Assembly: GCA_963836235.1 (NCBI GenBank)
Contig: CAWIIP010000002.1
Location: 1,024,001-1,088,000, forward strand
Source of the DNA: an uncultured Pseudomonadota bacterium
GTDB taxonomy: Bacteria > Oederibacteriota > Muellerivitia > Muellerivitales > Muellerivitaceae
DNA: 64,000 nt
Direction: 5' to 3'
Position 1 is the stretch's first letter. Every line of letters starts with the position of its first letter. The position numbers and the translations under genes were made by a program. Positions 1 to 9,987 of the stretch are shown here, piece after piece. A model generated the notes under the pieces. It did not search any database. It was not told the DNA's origin and saw only the letters and a list, made by a program, of their open reading frames with translations.

Positions 1-909
1 TGTGGACAACATCTGCTCGAAAAAAGCGCCGGAGTTCAAGGTGGCTACGGCGGTGCCATTGACGTTGATCACCGTTCCATTGGCCGATGAAAGATAACGA
101 AAGGTATCGGAACTGCGTCCAGCCAGGGGAATGGTGATAAAGGCCGTTCCCCATGTGGAAAGCGGCAGTTCCTGTTCTAACACCATGTTACAGGTTACAT
201 AACTGACCGGCACGTCGGCGCAGGCGTTGGCGCCGAACAGGGCCACGGAATTGTTGGCGGACACCTGGGTACCCGTCAAATCGCTGCCCAGGTTCGGAGC
301 CTGCAGCTGGTAGGCCTGGCCCTGGTTCAAGGCCACCGTATAAGCTGCACCGGCGGTATGGGAACCCACCGTAACGGCGGGCGTGATGGTGACGCTGGTG
401 GAATTTTGGGAGGCCACCACCGCGAATTCACTGGAACCGATGGCCGTTGCGGCCCCACCGTTCACGTCCGCGGTATAACTGGCAACCCAATATTGGGTGC
501 CTATGGCCCCCACCGGCAGGGCCAGGTAACCATCGGTGGCGTGTGGTTCATATTCCAAACCGTATATGGAAATAAGATTATCGGAGGTCACGTGGATGCC
601 CAAGTCCTGCACCCCATCCACTGTTGTCAGCATGGCCCCTGAGGGCACCACCAGGGTCACGGCGGAATTGGCCGCCACGGAGAAAGACTGCACGTAGGAA
701 ATTCCAGGTATTGAAACCTGCCCGCTGGCGTTGGTTGAAGAAACGATGAAAAGGTCCAGCGTTTGGGATGAAATCAAATATTGGGTGGGAAAGGTCAGCC
801 AAAATTCGGTGCCCTGGGTGGAAACGGGCCCAGCCAGGGTGCGGGATGGGAGCCCCACCCAAGCTACCAAAACCATGAAACAAACTAAAAAGAAAAATCT
901 CACTCGCAT
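1..909 (-). CDS. Secreted IgGFc-binding-domain protein (N-terminal part; runs off the window start)
   Basis: Not in the ORF track because it has no stop in the window. Manual translation from ATG 909: MRVRFFFLVCFMVLVAWVGLPSRTLAGPVSTQGTEFWLTFP...DGYLALPVGAIGTQY...EFAVVA...LNQGQAYQL...DLTGTQVSAN...EQELPLSTWG, i.e. a signal peptide plus motifs typical of IgGFc_binding domains. Confidence 0.8.
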   Translation of the reverse strand, partial: MRVRFFFLVCFMVLVAWVGLPSRTLAGPVSTQGTEFWLTFPTQYLISSQTLDLFIVSSTNASGQVSIPGISYVQSFSVAANSAVTLVVPSGAMLTTVDGVQDLGIHVTSDNLISIYGLEYEPHATDGYLALPVGAIGTQYWVASYTADVNGGAATAIGSSEFAVVASQNSTSVTITPAVTVGSHTAGAAYTVALNQGQAYQLQAPNLGSDLTGTQVSANNSVALFGANACADVPVSYVTCNMVLEQELPLSTWGTAFITIPLAGRSSDTFRYLSSANGTVINVNGTAVATLNSGAFFEQMLST

Positions 910-947
910 TGGACATCCACTTCAAGGGCCGCCGTAGCCCACAAGGC

Positions 948-3392
948 TTATTCTTCCAGGGTGACTTCCACCTGAATGGTCTTCTTGCCCGTGGAAATAG
1001 GAATAACGTTCCCGGTGACGATTTGCCCTTCCACCTTGAGGGTTTTGACGCCCCTGCAGACGCCCTTGGGATTGGAAACATGAACTTGGTATTCCACGCC
1101 CCGGTAATTCCGGGTGATCTTGAATTCCTTCCATCCCCTAGGGATGCAAGGATCGATCTGAAGCCCGTTGAAGTCCGGTTTCACCCCCAAAAGGCCCTGG
1201 GAAACGGTCAGGAAAGTCCAGGCGGCGGTCCCGGTCAGCCAGGAGTTCTTGGCCTCGCCCGACGTGGCCGCGTCGCGCCCCGCGATCATTTGGGCGTAAA
1301 CGTAAGGTTCGCTCCGGTAGGTTTCGATCTGTTCCTCCTTCGCCGAAGGACAAATGGATAGGTAATATTCCAAGGCCCGGTCTCCATCGCCTAACAGGCA
1401 CCAGCCCAGGTTGATCCAGGTATTGTTGTGGCAGAAGATGCCGGCGTTTTCCTTGTAGCCGGGCGGGTAGCTGGTCACCTCTCCAAGATTTAGGTCATAA
1501 GTGCTATAGGCTGGCTGTTGCAGGATGACGCCGTTGGAAGTGTAAAGATGCTTGTGGACGCTCTCCAAGGCCTGCCGGGCCCGGCCGTTATCCTTGCCCG
1601 CCCCGCCCAACACGCACCAGCCCTGGCTTTCGATGAAGATTTTTCCTTCCGCATTGGCCTTGGAACCTACCGGCTTGCCCTTGGCGTCGTAAGCCCGGGT
1701 GTACCATTCCCCATCCCAAGCCTGCTCTTCGACCACCTTCAACATGCCGTCGAAAGCCTTCTGCATTCGGCCTTGGTCCTGGGGCTTCCTTAAATAATCG
1801 TAAAGCGAAGCCATCTCACGGGAAGCGTAGAGGAAGAGCCCCGCGATCATGACCGATTCGGCCTTGGAGCCCTTCACGTCCCCAGCCGTCTGGAAGGATT
1901 CGTTGGGCTCGGTGGAAAAGCAGTTCAGGTTCAGGCAGTCGTTCCAGTCCGCGTGGCCGATCAGGGGCAAACCCCGGTCACCGCAATTTTTCAGGGTATA
2001 AGCGATGCTGGTTTCCAGGTGGTGAAGGAGATTCTCTTTGGACCCCGGTTTGTCGGCGTAACCCACGGGCGCTTCCAGGATGGAAGTATCCCCTGTTTCC
2101 TTGATATAGGAGCAGGTTGAAAGGATAAGCCACAGGTGGTCGTCGTAAAAATCTCCGCCGATTTCGGCGTTGCCCTTTTTGGTGAGCGGCTGGTATTGGT
2201 GGTAGCAGGTTCCGTCGGAAAGCTGGGTACCGGCAATATCCAATATCCTCTGGCGGGCGCGTTCCGGAATCAGGTGCACGAAACCCAGTAGGTCCTGGTT
2301 GGAATCCCGGAAGCCCATGCCCCGGCCGATTCCGGTTTCGTACAGGCTGGCCGAGCGGGACAGGTTGAAGGTGGCCATGCATTGGTACTGGTTCCAGGTA
2401 TTGAGCATCCTCTGGGCGTGGGGGTCCGGGCATTCCACCTGGAATTTGGACAGGAGCCCTTGCCACAGCCCGTTGATGGCCTTGAAAGCCTCGTCCACCG
2501 CACCGGGTTTCTGGTACTTGGCCAGCAGTTCCTGGCCCTTTTTCTTGTTCATCACGAAAGGCTTGTCGAACTTGGGCAGGTCGCCCTGTTCCACATAAGC
2601 CAGGATAAAAGAGAAGGTTTCCGAAGCTCCCGGCCCTAGCTTCAAGTGAAGCTCGTGGGAGCCAATGGGATTCCATCCGTGGGCGATGGTTTTCTTCGAC
2701 TGCCCGGCGAAGGGAACGGAGGCCTCATGCAGGCCGTTATGGACCCCCACGAAGGCGTCGCGGGAAGTGTCAAACCCGGCCACTTCCTTGGTACAGGCGA
2801 AGAGGGCGTAATGACTGCGGCGCTCGCGGTATTCAGTTTTGTGATAAATGGCGGACCCTTCCACCTCGACTTCCCCGATGGAATAGGTGCGCTGGTAATT
2901 GGTCATATCGTTCAAAGCCTCAAAGAGGCAGAACTCCACGTAGGAGAAGAGCTTCAGGTCCTTCGTCGTTTTGCTATTGTTCTTGACCGTGGTCTTCCAG
3001 ATTTCCAAGTTCTCGCCCGGCGGCACGAAAAACAGCATCTCCACTTCCACGCCGTCCTTGGCGCCGAGAATTTTGGTATAACCCAACCCATGGCGGCATT
3101 CGTAGCGATCCAGCTTTGTCTTCGTAGGCTTCCAACCCGGGTTCCAGACAGTGCCGTTGTCGTTGATATAGAGGTAGCGGCCACCCAAATCCATAGGCGT
3201 GTTGTTGTAACGGTAGCGGGTCAGTCGGCGGAGCTTGGCGTCCTTCCAAAAACTGTAGCCCCCGGCGGTGTTGGTGCAAAGTCCGAAGAATTCATCTTGT
3301 CCGATGTAATTGAGCCAGGGAAGGGGTGTGTCGGGCCGGGTAATCACATACTCGCGGGCGGGATCGTCGAAATGGCCGTAAGGATTGGTCAC
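948..3392 (-). CDS. GH94 glycoside phosphorylase (cellobiose/chitobiose phosphorylase-like)
   Basis: 814 aa; YGHFDD..REYVIT.PDTP.PW.NY, RGMGFRDSNQD, ADWNDCLN, GYKENAGIFCH and SWLTGTA motifs; no signal peptide. Confidence 0.93.
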   Translation of the reverse strand: MTNPYGHFDDPAREYVITRPDTPLPWLNYIGQDEFFGLCTNTAGGYSFWKDAKLRRLTRYRYNNTPMDLGGRYLYINDNGTVWNPGWKPTKTKLDRYECRHGLGYTKILGAKDGVEVEMLFFVPPGENLEIWKTTVKNNSKTTKDLKLFSYVEFCLFEALNDMTNYQRTYSIGEVEVEGSAIYHKTEYRERRSHYALFACTKEVAGFDTSRDAFVGVHNGLHEASVPFAGQSKKTIAHGWNPIGSHELHLKLGPGASETFSFILAYVEQGDLPKFDKPFVMNKKKGQELLAKYQKPGAVDEAFKAINGLWQGLLSKFQVECPDPHAQRMLNTWNQYQCMATFNLSRSASLYETGIGRGMGFRDSNQDLLGFVHLIPERARQRILDIAGTQLSDGTCYHQYQPLTKKGNAEIGGDFYDDHLWLILSTCSYIKETGDTSILEAPVGYADKPGSKENLLHHLETSIAYTLKNCGDRGLPLIGHADWNDCLNLNCFSTEPNESFQTAGDVKGSKAESVMIAGLFLYASREMASLYDYLRKPQDQGRMQKAFDGMLKVVEEQAWDGEWYTRAYDAKGKPVGSKANAEGKIFIESQGWCVLGGAGKDNGRARQALESVHKHLYTSNGVILQQPAYSTYDLNLGEVTSYPPGYKENAGIFCHNNTWINLGWCLLGDGDRALEYYLSICPSAKEEQIETYRSEPYVYAQMIAGRDAATSGEAKNSWLTGTAAWTFLTVSQGLLGVKPDFNGLQIDPCIPRGWKEFKITRNYRGVEYQVHVSNPKGVCRGVKTLKVEGQIVTGNVIPISTGKKTIQVEVTLEE

Positions 3393-3494
3393 AAAAGCTC
3401 CTTGAATTCAGGGATTGAGCGATGAATTTTACTGACAGAAGGGATGCGAAACTACCCAAAAGTGATGGGCAAATTTTGAAAAAAAGCCCGAATT

Positions 3495-4016
3495 TCAGGT
3501 TCGCTTAAAGGTCATCTTAAGAGAGCTTTTTGTGGGAGGGTTATTGGAGGGTTTTTGAAACTGGGGCCGGGCCGCTTCTTCCCGCAAGCGCTGGTCTTCA
3601 AGTGCCCGGAGGGTCTCAAAATCCTGCTTGTTGATGGCGGCGAAATGGAGGTCCCCCCGGAAAAGGGGCCGCCTAAGCTCCATAAAAGTTTCCGTTTTCT
3701 TGACTTTGGCCAAAAGCCTCAGCCGCGCCTTGTGGCGGGCTACGAAGAGTTCCAGTTCGACGATCTCATTCTTGGAAAACACGCTCCCCCCGGTAAGGTA
3801 CAATTCGCCATAGTTGGTGTTTTTATCCAAGACGTAGTAAAGACTCTCGTCCCGCTGGTTACTGGGCGGCCGGGGCTGGCCCTTTTTCTTTCGGGGCGTT
3901 TTCTTGACCTTCACGCGGTCGTATTTCACTTCCACCATGGAGACCACCCGGCCATTGTTGTATTTCTCAAGCCATCCGGTTTTTTGAGCCACGGTTCCTG
4001 TTCCCTTCAAGGACAT
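3495..4016 (-). CDS. Hypothetical protein, possibly a degenerate PilZ-like fold
   Basis: 173 aa, co-oriented with neighbours. The pattern 'VELELFV...LRLLAKV...GDLHF..I...D..TL' recalls PilZ barrels, but canonical c-di-GMP motifs are not clear. Start uncertain. Confidence 0.5.
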   Translation of the reverse strand: MSLKGTGTVAQKTGWLEKYNNGRVVSMVEVKYDRVKVKKTPRKKKGQPRPPSNQRDESLYYVLDKNTNYGELYLTGGSVFSKNEIVELELFVARHKARLRLLAKVKKTETFMELRRPLFRGDLHFAAINKQDFETLRALEDQRLREEAARPQFQKPSNNPPTKSSLKMTFKRT

Positions 4017-4114
4017 TCAAATGAAAAGCCGGTTAAAAGATACCACCAAACGGTTTACCTAACGGTAACTTTCTAAAATCTTGAGTTCGAATTTTAACAG
4101 TTAAACCGGAAACC

Positions 4115-4741
4115 TTAGGAAAATATCTTCGAAAGACTGGGCAAAACATTTTCCATCGTCAGCATTCTGATCTTCTCCCCTTTCCCTTCCCATCCCTCCA
4201 AGCGTTTTTGATGTTCCTGGATGATCGGACGGACGGAGCTTTCGGCGAAGACCGCCTTGAGGTGCAGCGACATTTGTTCTTCTGAGGGCCGGTTGGCCCC
4301 GGTCAAAAGCTTGGCAGCCCCATCTTGCGCGCAAGCCGTGACGAGAAAAGAGTTGCCGGTGAAGGAGTAAATTTCCAGGTTGCTGATGACAACTTTACCG
4401 CCCTCTTTCCCTTCCACCCAATTAGCCAAGACCAATGTGGATTTCTGGTCTGGCGCGAGGAAGGTGCGGGCCCAGAAGAAAAGGGTGGAGGCGTAGGAAT
4501 AATCTCCCAGCAAAACATAGCCTTCTTCCGAAAGCTTTTGGGTGAGTTCGGCCTGCCACTTAGGGGTCAAGCGTTCGGTCAATTCTTGGGGAGCCTTGAC
4601 CAACTGGACGGATATCTTCGCCATGCCGTCGAAGGGGTTGTTGGAGGAATTTTCTTTTTTTTGAAACGTTTTTTCCGTAATCAGGATGTAAGCAATCACC
4701 GCCAGGATTAAAGCCAGTAGAAGAATTCCTCCCGGTCCCAT
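4115..4741 (-). CDS. Hypothetical membrane-anchored protein
   Basis: 208 aa, single N-terminal TM helix, starts 6 bp after the lemA stop. Confidence 0.75.
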   Translation of the reverse strand: MGPGGILLLALILAVIAYILITEKTFQKKENSSNNPFDGMAKISVQLVKAPQELTERLTPKWQAELTQKLSEEGYVLLGDYSYASTLFFWARTFLAPDQKSTLVLANWVEGKEGGKVVISNLEIYSFTGNSFLVTACAQDGAAKLLTGANRPSEEQMSLHLKAVFAESSVRPIIQEHQKRLEGWEGKGEKIRMLTMENVLPSLSKIFS

Positions 4742-4747
4742 ACTGAT

Positions 4748-5311
4748 TTAGAACTGCACCTTCGGCGCCGCCTGGGCCTCGTCCGTAGCCTTGAAATAGG
4801 AATCTCTCACTTTAAAACCGCCGACGGAAGCCATCAGGTTGGTTGGAAAACTTTGTACCTTCGTGTTGTAATCCTGCACCGCTTCATTGTAGCGCTGGCG
4901 GGTCACGGCAATTCGGTTTTCGGTTCCAGCCAATTCATCCTGGAGCCGCAGGAAACCCTCATTGGCCTTCAAGTCAGGGTATTTTTCCACCACCACCATT
5001 AATCGTCCTAAGGCGCCTTCCAAATCGTTGGCGGCCTTCACCTGCTCTCCCGATGTCTTGGCTTCTCCCCATTGGCTTCTCAATCGGGTGACTTCCTCCA
5101 GAACATCCGCCTCGTGCTTAGCGTAACCCTTGACCGTCGCCACCAGGTTGGGAATCAGGTCGTAACGGCGCTGGAGGTCGGTTTGGACATTGGCCCAGGC
5201 GCTGTCGATGGCCTGGTTGGACGAAACCAATCCGTTATAGGATCCCATCAGGGTCAATCCAAAAACCACCACAAATCCCAAAATCGCCCACAACCAAATT
5301 TTTGAAGACAT
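4748..5311 (-). CDS. lemA: LemA family protein
   Basis: N-terminal TM, LQRRYDLIPNLVATVKGYA, E.YPDLKA, TENRIAV.RQRYN motifs. Confidence 0.95.
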   Translation of the reverse strand: MSSKIWLWAILGFVVVFGLTLMGSYNGLVSSNQAIDSAWANVQTDLQRRYDLIPNLVATVKGYAKHEADVLEEVTRLRSQWGEAKTSGEQVKAANDLEGALGRLMVVVEKYPDLKANEGFLRLQDELAGTENRIAVTRQRYNEAVQDYNTKVQSFPTNLMASVGGFKVRDSYFKATDEAQAAPKVQF

Positions 5312-5337
5312 GAATTCCTCCGAATTTTAAATGGCGT

Positions 5338-5919
5338 CTATTTCCCGTACAGCCCCATGATCTGCGTCCAGGCCAAGGTATGTTTGGCGATGGCTTTCAA
5401 CAACTGGTCTTTGGATTCCCCGGCCGGCAAATGAACCGGCCCGTCCAAGGCGTAAAGCTTGAAGTAATATCGGTGTAGTCCGCTGGGGGGACAAGGGCCG
5501 TCATAGCCGATTTTTTTGAAGTCATTGACCCCTTGCAGAATACCCGATGTGCTTTCCTCGTCCCGTGGATAGTTCTCCAAAAGCTCATAGGTGTTGCTCG
5601 TGGGTTCGGTCGGCTTCGCGGGGATATTGTAAATCACCCAATGAACCCAGGTTTGGGTCGGGGCATCGGGGTCGTCCACGATCAGGGCGAAATCCTTGGT
5701 TTTAGGCGGCACGCCATGCCAGCTTAGTTCCGGGGACATATTCTGTCCGTTACAAGAAACGTATTTGGGAGGAATCATGCCCCCATCCTTAAAAGAAGAG
5801 CTTTGGAGCCTGAGGGTCGATTTTTTCTTGATGCCGGTGTCCCCGACTGCCGGATTCAGGATCACGGACCACAGTAACAGGATAGCCCCCGTCAAAAAAG
5901 TTGATTTAAGCTTGAACAT
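5338..5919 (-). CDS. YbhB/YbcL (PEBP, Raf kinase inhibitor-like) protein, with signal peptide
   Basis: DPDAP...WVHWVIYNIP, GYDGPCPP, HRYYFKLYALD. Confidence 0.93.
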   Translation of the reverse strand: MFKLKSTFLTGAILLLWSVILNPAVGDTGIKKKSTLRLQSSSFKDGGMIPPKYVSCNGQNMSPELSWHGVPPKTKDFALIVDDPDAPTQTWVHWVIYNIPAKPTEPTSNTYELLENYPRDEESTSGILQGVNDFKKIGYDGPCPPSGLHRYYFKLYALDGPVHLPAGESKDQLLKAIAKHTLAWTQIMGLYGK

Positions 5920-5942
5920 TCACGCCTCCCATTCCCATCTAA

Positions 5943-6641
5943 TTAGTTCACATTATCAATGATAGATTCGATGGCTCCGAGATATTTTTCAAAGGTGCCC
6001 AGAACATCAAGACTTTTGATCTTTTCCCCCTGTTTCAAGCGGTCCACGATTTCAAAGGGTTCCAAATCGAAAGAGACATGGTCTTTTAATTTCCGAAGAG
6101 CATCCATCTTTTTCACGGGTGGCGTGACCCCGTACAACCAAAGGGCGCTCTTGAAAAGGACGAGGAAAGTGGAAAGGGATTCCACCATGAGCTTTTCCAC
6201 CATTCCGGGCCGGGCTTCCGTCAGCATAAAATGGGTCCTCAACTGGAGAAGTTTACCTTGAAGCTCGTGTTCCATTTCCACCCGCAAGTGGTCGTGGGAA
6301 ATCAAAAGGTCCGCCACCGGGTCGGAGCCAAATAGGACCCGGTGATTGTGCTGGATATCCAGAATTTCAACCGGAAAGACCTCCACGAACTGCTTGAGAT
6401 GTTCCAGGTCCAGGAATAAAGGGGGAGGATTTCCCTGTTCTTTCCAGGGAACCGCTACCTTGGAAAGAAAAAGGAGAGTTTTCGAATGGAGGGAATGGGT
6501 CACCACCAATAGATTAATGTCTGAATTTTTTCCCGCGTGGTCCCCCGCCGCCGCCGAGCCATATAAGACTACCGACACCAGTTGGTTTCCCAAAAGGGTT
6601 TTAAGTTCCTCGACCATTTTTTCCGCTGTCCACTTCGCCAT
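5943..6641 (-). CDS. Pol-beta-superfamily nucleotidyltransferase domain protein
   Basis: LYGSAAAGD....SDINLLVV motif followed by a helical C-terminal region. Confidence 0.85.
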   Translation of the reverse strand: MAKWTAEKMVEELKTLLGNQLVSVVLYGSAAAGDHAGKNSDINLLVVTHSLHSKTLLFLSKVAVPWKEQGNPPPLFLDLEHLKQFVEVFPVEILDIQHNHRVLFGSDPVADLLISHDHLRVEMEHELQGKLLQLRTHFMLTEARPGMVEKLMVESLSTFLVLFKSALWLYGVTPPVKKMDALRKLKDHVSFDLEPFEIVDRLKQGEKIKSLDVLGTFEKYLGAIESIIDNVN

Positions 6642-6667
6642 AACCTCACCTCAAAAAAAATTTTGAA

Positions 6668-6796
6668 TCAATGCCCTTGTCCGCCATCGCTCCCACCGCC
6701 GTCGAAGCCGGTATGCTTCAACAAGAAATTAACAAAGAGGGCCGAGGCAAGAAAAAGACCCGTCAACAAGAAGAACAAGTAATAGAAGTTTTGCAT
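6668..6796 (-). CDS. Putative 42-aa single-TM small protein
   Basis: ATG directly abuts the TPM gene stop (TAA ATG). MQNFYYLFFLLTGLFLASALFVNFLLKHTGFDGGGSDGGQGH* fills the gap to the NTase gene. Below the ORF-track size cut-off. Confidence 0.55.
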   Translation of the reverse strand: MQNFYYLFFLLTGLFLASALFVNFLLKHTGFDGGGSDGGQGH

Positions 6797-7522
6797 TTAC
6801 CACCCCCCGCTAGCGCCGCCGCCACCGGACCCACCGCCGCCGAATCCGCCAAAACCTCCCCCCCCGCCTCCAAAACCACCGCCGCCCCATCCGCCGTAAA
6901 ACCCACCACCGCCCCAATAACCCCCACGGCCTCGCCTGGAATTGCTGATAATAAAAATGATAACGAAAAGAATGATTAAAATAACCTTGACCCAGTTGAC
7001 CCCGCCGGACCCTTCATCCCCCTGGTCTTGAACCTGGGTTTGGCCGCTGGCGTCCGGGGCGATCCTTTGAACGATAGCCTGAGCGGCATCCATCAAGCCC
7101 GCCCCGTACTGTTGTTGCTTAAAAGCGGGATAGATTTGCTGGCGCAGAATGTCCCCGGCGTCTCCGTCCGTCAGGACGCCTTCCAGCCCATAGCCCACTT
7201 CGATGCGGGCCCGCCGGTCCTGGATGGCGGCTAGGATCAGGACGCCGTTGTCCTTGCCTTTTTTGCCGATCCCCCAGGCCTTGAAAAGTTCCACCGCCGC
7301 CGCGTCCACATCCCCGCCTTCCACCGAGGGCAGGGTCACGACCGCTATTTCAGAACCTGTCTTTTGCTCAACCCCCCGTAGATAACTTTCCAGCGCCTGG
7401 GCTTGGTCGGCGGAAATGACATGCGCGAAATCATTGACGAATCCAACGGGGGTGGGCCAATGGTTCGCGGCCAAGAGGGGGCCGGTGATCGCACAGAAGA
7501 GTAACGGAATAAATTTTTTCAT
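6797..7522 (-). CDS. TPM domain (YgcG-like) membrane protein
   Basis: Signal peptide, VNDFA.VIS, WGIG.K.KDNGVL, RIEVGYGLEG, TM helix and Gly-rich tail ending GGGASGGW. Confidence 0.93.
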   Translation of the reverse strand: MKKFIPLLFCAITGPLLAANHWPTPVGFVNDFAHVISADQAQALESYLRGVEQKTGSEIAVVTLPSVEGGDVDAAAVELFKAWGIGKKGKDNGVLILAAIQDRRARIEVGYGLEGVLTDGDAGDILRQQIYPAFKQQQYGAGLMDAAQAIVQRIAPDASGQTQVQDQGDEGSGGVNWVKVILIILFVIIFIISNSRRGRGGYWGGGGFYGGWGGGGFGGGGGGFGGFGGGGSGGGGASGGW

Positions 7523-7567
7523 AGTTGGAACAGTCTTTTAGGGGGACTTTTCGGAATTCGACTGGCG

Positions 7568-8041
7568 TTACTTTTTCTCGTAAATTCCCATCAATTCTGC
7601 CTGCTCCACAATACGCCTTTGGATGGACTTTTCAAGCTGGGGCCTTTTAACATTGTCCTCCAAATCCAAAAGGGCGGTGAGGGCGTAAATCTTAAAGAAA
7701 TAGGGGTGGGAGCCGCTCGGAGGCTCGGGCCCACGATAGCCCAGACCCCCGAAATCGTTCACGCCTTGCCGGATGCCGTTGGGAAGGGACTTCATGGGAG
7801 GAAAAGCCTCAGGCAGTAAGATGACGGTGGGGGGAATGTTATAAACCAGCCAATGGGTAAAGTCCCCGCTGGGCGCGTCTGGATCGAACATGATTAGGGC
7901 GAAACTTTTGGATCCGAGAGGCGCGTCATGCCACTCGATGGGCGGTGAAACATTGTCGCCGTCCGGCGTGTAATGGGCGGGGATATCACCGCCTTCCTTG
8001 AAAACCCTGCTCGTGATTCGAAAAGCCATTCGGAATCCCAC
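7568..8041 (-). CDS. YbhB/YbcL (PEBP) protein, cytoplasmic
   Basis: DPDAP..DFTHWLVYNIP, GYRGPEPP, H.YFFKIYAL; no signal peptide. Confidence 0.92.
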   Translation of the reverse strand: MGFRMAFRITSRVFKEGGDIPAHYTPDGDNVSPPIEWHDAPLGSKSFALIMFDPDAPSGDFTHWLVYNIPPTVILLPEAFPPMKSLPNGIRQGVNDFGGLGYRGPEPPSGSHPYFFKIYALTALLDLEDNVKRPQLEKSIQRRIVEQAELMGIYEKK

Positions 8042-8155
8042 CTTTTAGTTTCGCCCGTTTACCCCGGATAAAAACTATCCTTTATAGTAGTCCAAATGTC
8101 CTCAGATAGGCTTGGAATGTTTTGGTATCAGACAAAGCGATCTTTGTGGAGGATA

Positions 8156-8593
8156 TTATGGTTTCGGTCTGACCCGGGAAGCAATAACTCCTAAGCAAAC
8201 GTCCGAGACCACCTTTATTCTGGCTTTTTCCAGCTTGGCTTCCGCTTCCGGATGGGTGATGCCGGTTTGGAGCCAAACCACCTTAGGCCGTTTTTCCTCG
8301 GGCAAGGCCAGGACCTCGTCGGCCAAGGCGGGGATCACGTCCGGCCTGCGGAAAACATCAAGAATATCCACCTTCATCGGCAGGTCCTTCACGGCCGCAT
8401 AGGCCTTTTCCCCCAGTGACGATTGGATCTTGGGGTTCACGGGGTAAATCTTCATGCCCCTTTCCTGAAGCATGGCGGGAATCTGATAGGCTGGCCGGTC
8501 CATCTTGCTTTCGTCCTGCATGCCTTCCACGGCAATCGTCTTGGCATTTTTGACGATTTCGATCATTTCGGATTCATTGACGTTCATGGCCAC
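8156..8593 (-). CDS. CoA-binding protein (YccU-like)
   Basis: IYPVNP, VDILDVFR, VWLQ.GI, D.CL motifs. Confidence 0.9.
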   Translation of the reverse strand: MAMNVNESEMIEIVKNAKTIAVEGMQDESKMDRPAYQIPAMLQERGMKIYPVNPKIQSSLGEKAYAAVKDLPMKVDILDVFRRPDVIPALADEVLALPEEKRPKVVWLQTGITHPEAEAKLEKARIKVVSDVCLGVIASRVRPKP

Positions 8594-9001
8594 CTCATTG
8601 GGAAGATACCTCTACTATAAGGAAGTGTCTTGGGGGAAAACAATAGTCCAACTGGACATGGGACAATGGCGGAAGATTACAGGCCTAAAGCCCGACGTCG
8701 ATCCCGCCCAAGAGGTTTTGTTCGGTGTAATCCATCAGGCCCACCTTGCCAGGTATTAGACGAAAGCGTTTAGACCCTCTGCGAATCCGGCGTTCAACTT
8801 ATTTTTTCTGAAAACAGAGGTTAAATCCGGGCGACCGGGGGAAATTTAGAAGAAAGCGAATCAGAAAAACAGATGGATCGAATCCGATTCGTTTCAACGT
8901 GCAAAAAATAAAAGCCACATCCTTCGAATATCTCCGGCAATGGAGATCAGGATATAAAATAAGGACGGAATTTTAATTTGAGAAAGGAAGGCGATCAAAT
9001 C

Positions 9002-9289
9002 ATGAGCTATCGAACCGACGTCGCCAATGCCATTGAAGGAAAGGCCCGATGCACAGCGGTTTTCGTCCATACCCAACCCGTGCGCATCGCCGTGGATGGA
9101 AAGTTCCTCTGGCGGGGGAAAGTGGAAGTATTCGACTTAAAAGGGCACCCCTACGCAAGGCGGGCCTTCGGATGGGCCATTAAACACAAAGAAAAGAAAA
9201 TCGAATATGTGACGGTCATCGGCATCCCGCCTTTAGATACCCCCCTCATGGCCGCGAAAGCCTATCTGGCGAACAAGAAAAGATACTAA
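9002..9289 (+). CDS. Hypothetical protein
   Basis: ATG at 9002 preceded by AAGGAAGG; plausible small globular protein (W.G.VEVFDL.GHP.A.RA.GW). Confidence 0.65.
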   Translation: MSYRTDVANAIEGKARCTAVFVHTQPVRIAVDGKFLWRGKVEVFDLKGHPYARRAFGWAIKHKEKKIEYVTVIGIPPLDTPLMAAKAYLANKKRY

Positions 9290-9356
9290 AAAGCCGCTGA
9301 AAACATTTTACAAACGCCCCGTTAAAGTTTTCGCTTTGGGCGACGTTAGGAAAAAA

Positions 9357-9527
9357 ATGGATAACATCTCTAACTTACAACCCCCGTTGTCAGCGCAGGA
9401 TTCGACTTCGATCGCCCTCAAGGGTCTTTCCGACTTCAAACAACAGACGAACGATCTCCTCGCTTTGACCCAAGAAGCGGCCCTCACGCCCCCGAACCTC
9501 GGCACCAAGGTCGATCTCCAAGCTTGA
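9357..9527 (+). CDS. Small protein, YjfB 'putative motility protein'-like
   Basis: AGGA before the ATG; 56 aa ending NLGTKVDLQA, resembling the YjfB C-terminal motif. Confidence 0.55.
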   Translation: MDNISNLQPPLSAQDSTSIALKGLSDFKQQTNDLLALTQEAALTPPNLGTKVDLQA

Positions 9528-9987
9528 TTTCCTTTTGGAATTGATTGGAAGAATCCTTACGAAACTAGAAGCACGCTCCTGTTCCCCGGAGACGAGCCTC
9601 TTTTCTGATTACTATTCATGAATCTCTCACAATAGTGAGTTCATTCTGCCGGTCATACAGCATTTCAACTTATACTCAAATGTCGTACTCCAATCGTGAC
9701 CAAATCCCTTAGCGGCCATTCGAATCCCCCCCCGACTTACCATTCAAGCAGTCCATGGCGCCCTGGTTTTTTTCCAATACTTTTACGAGGCCAACTACAG
9801 GAATCTCGAACCTGGATGGATTATTTCATAAGGCAAAGACCGCCCGGAGCAGCTTTTGGAGGGGTTTTTTATTCGCGTTCCATATCATCTAATATTTCAT
9901 AGGTTCTGAACCACGCGATTTAACAAGCAGGTAAAAGAAAATTTTCGATCTGATGGGTAATCACAAACCGAAACCTTGAACCCGAAG

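Noticed and set aside
8680-8760. Minus-strand fragment GKVGLMDYTEQNLLGGIDVGL* resembling the end of a beta-barrel protein
   Set aside because: About 22 codons with a stop just upstream; too short to support a pseudogene call.
9540-9980. Hairpins and short ORFs in the intergenic region as a possible ncRNA
   Set aside because: No recognisable RNA family; the stem near 9835-9870 is adequately explained as a terminator between convergent genes.
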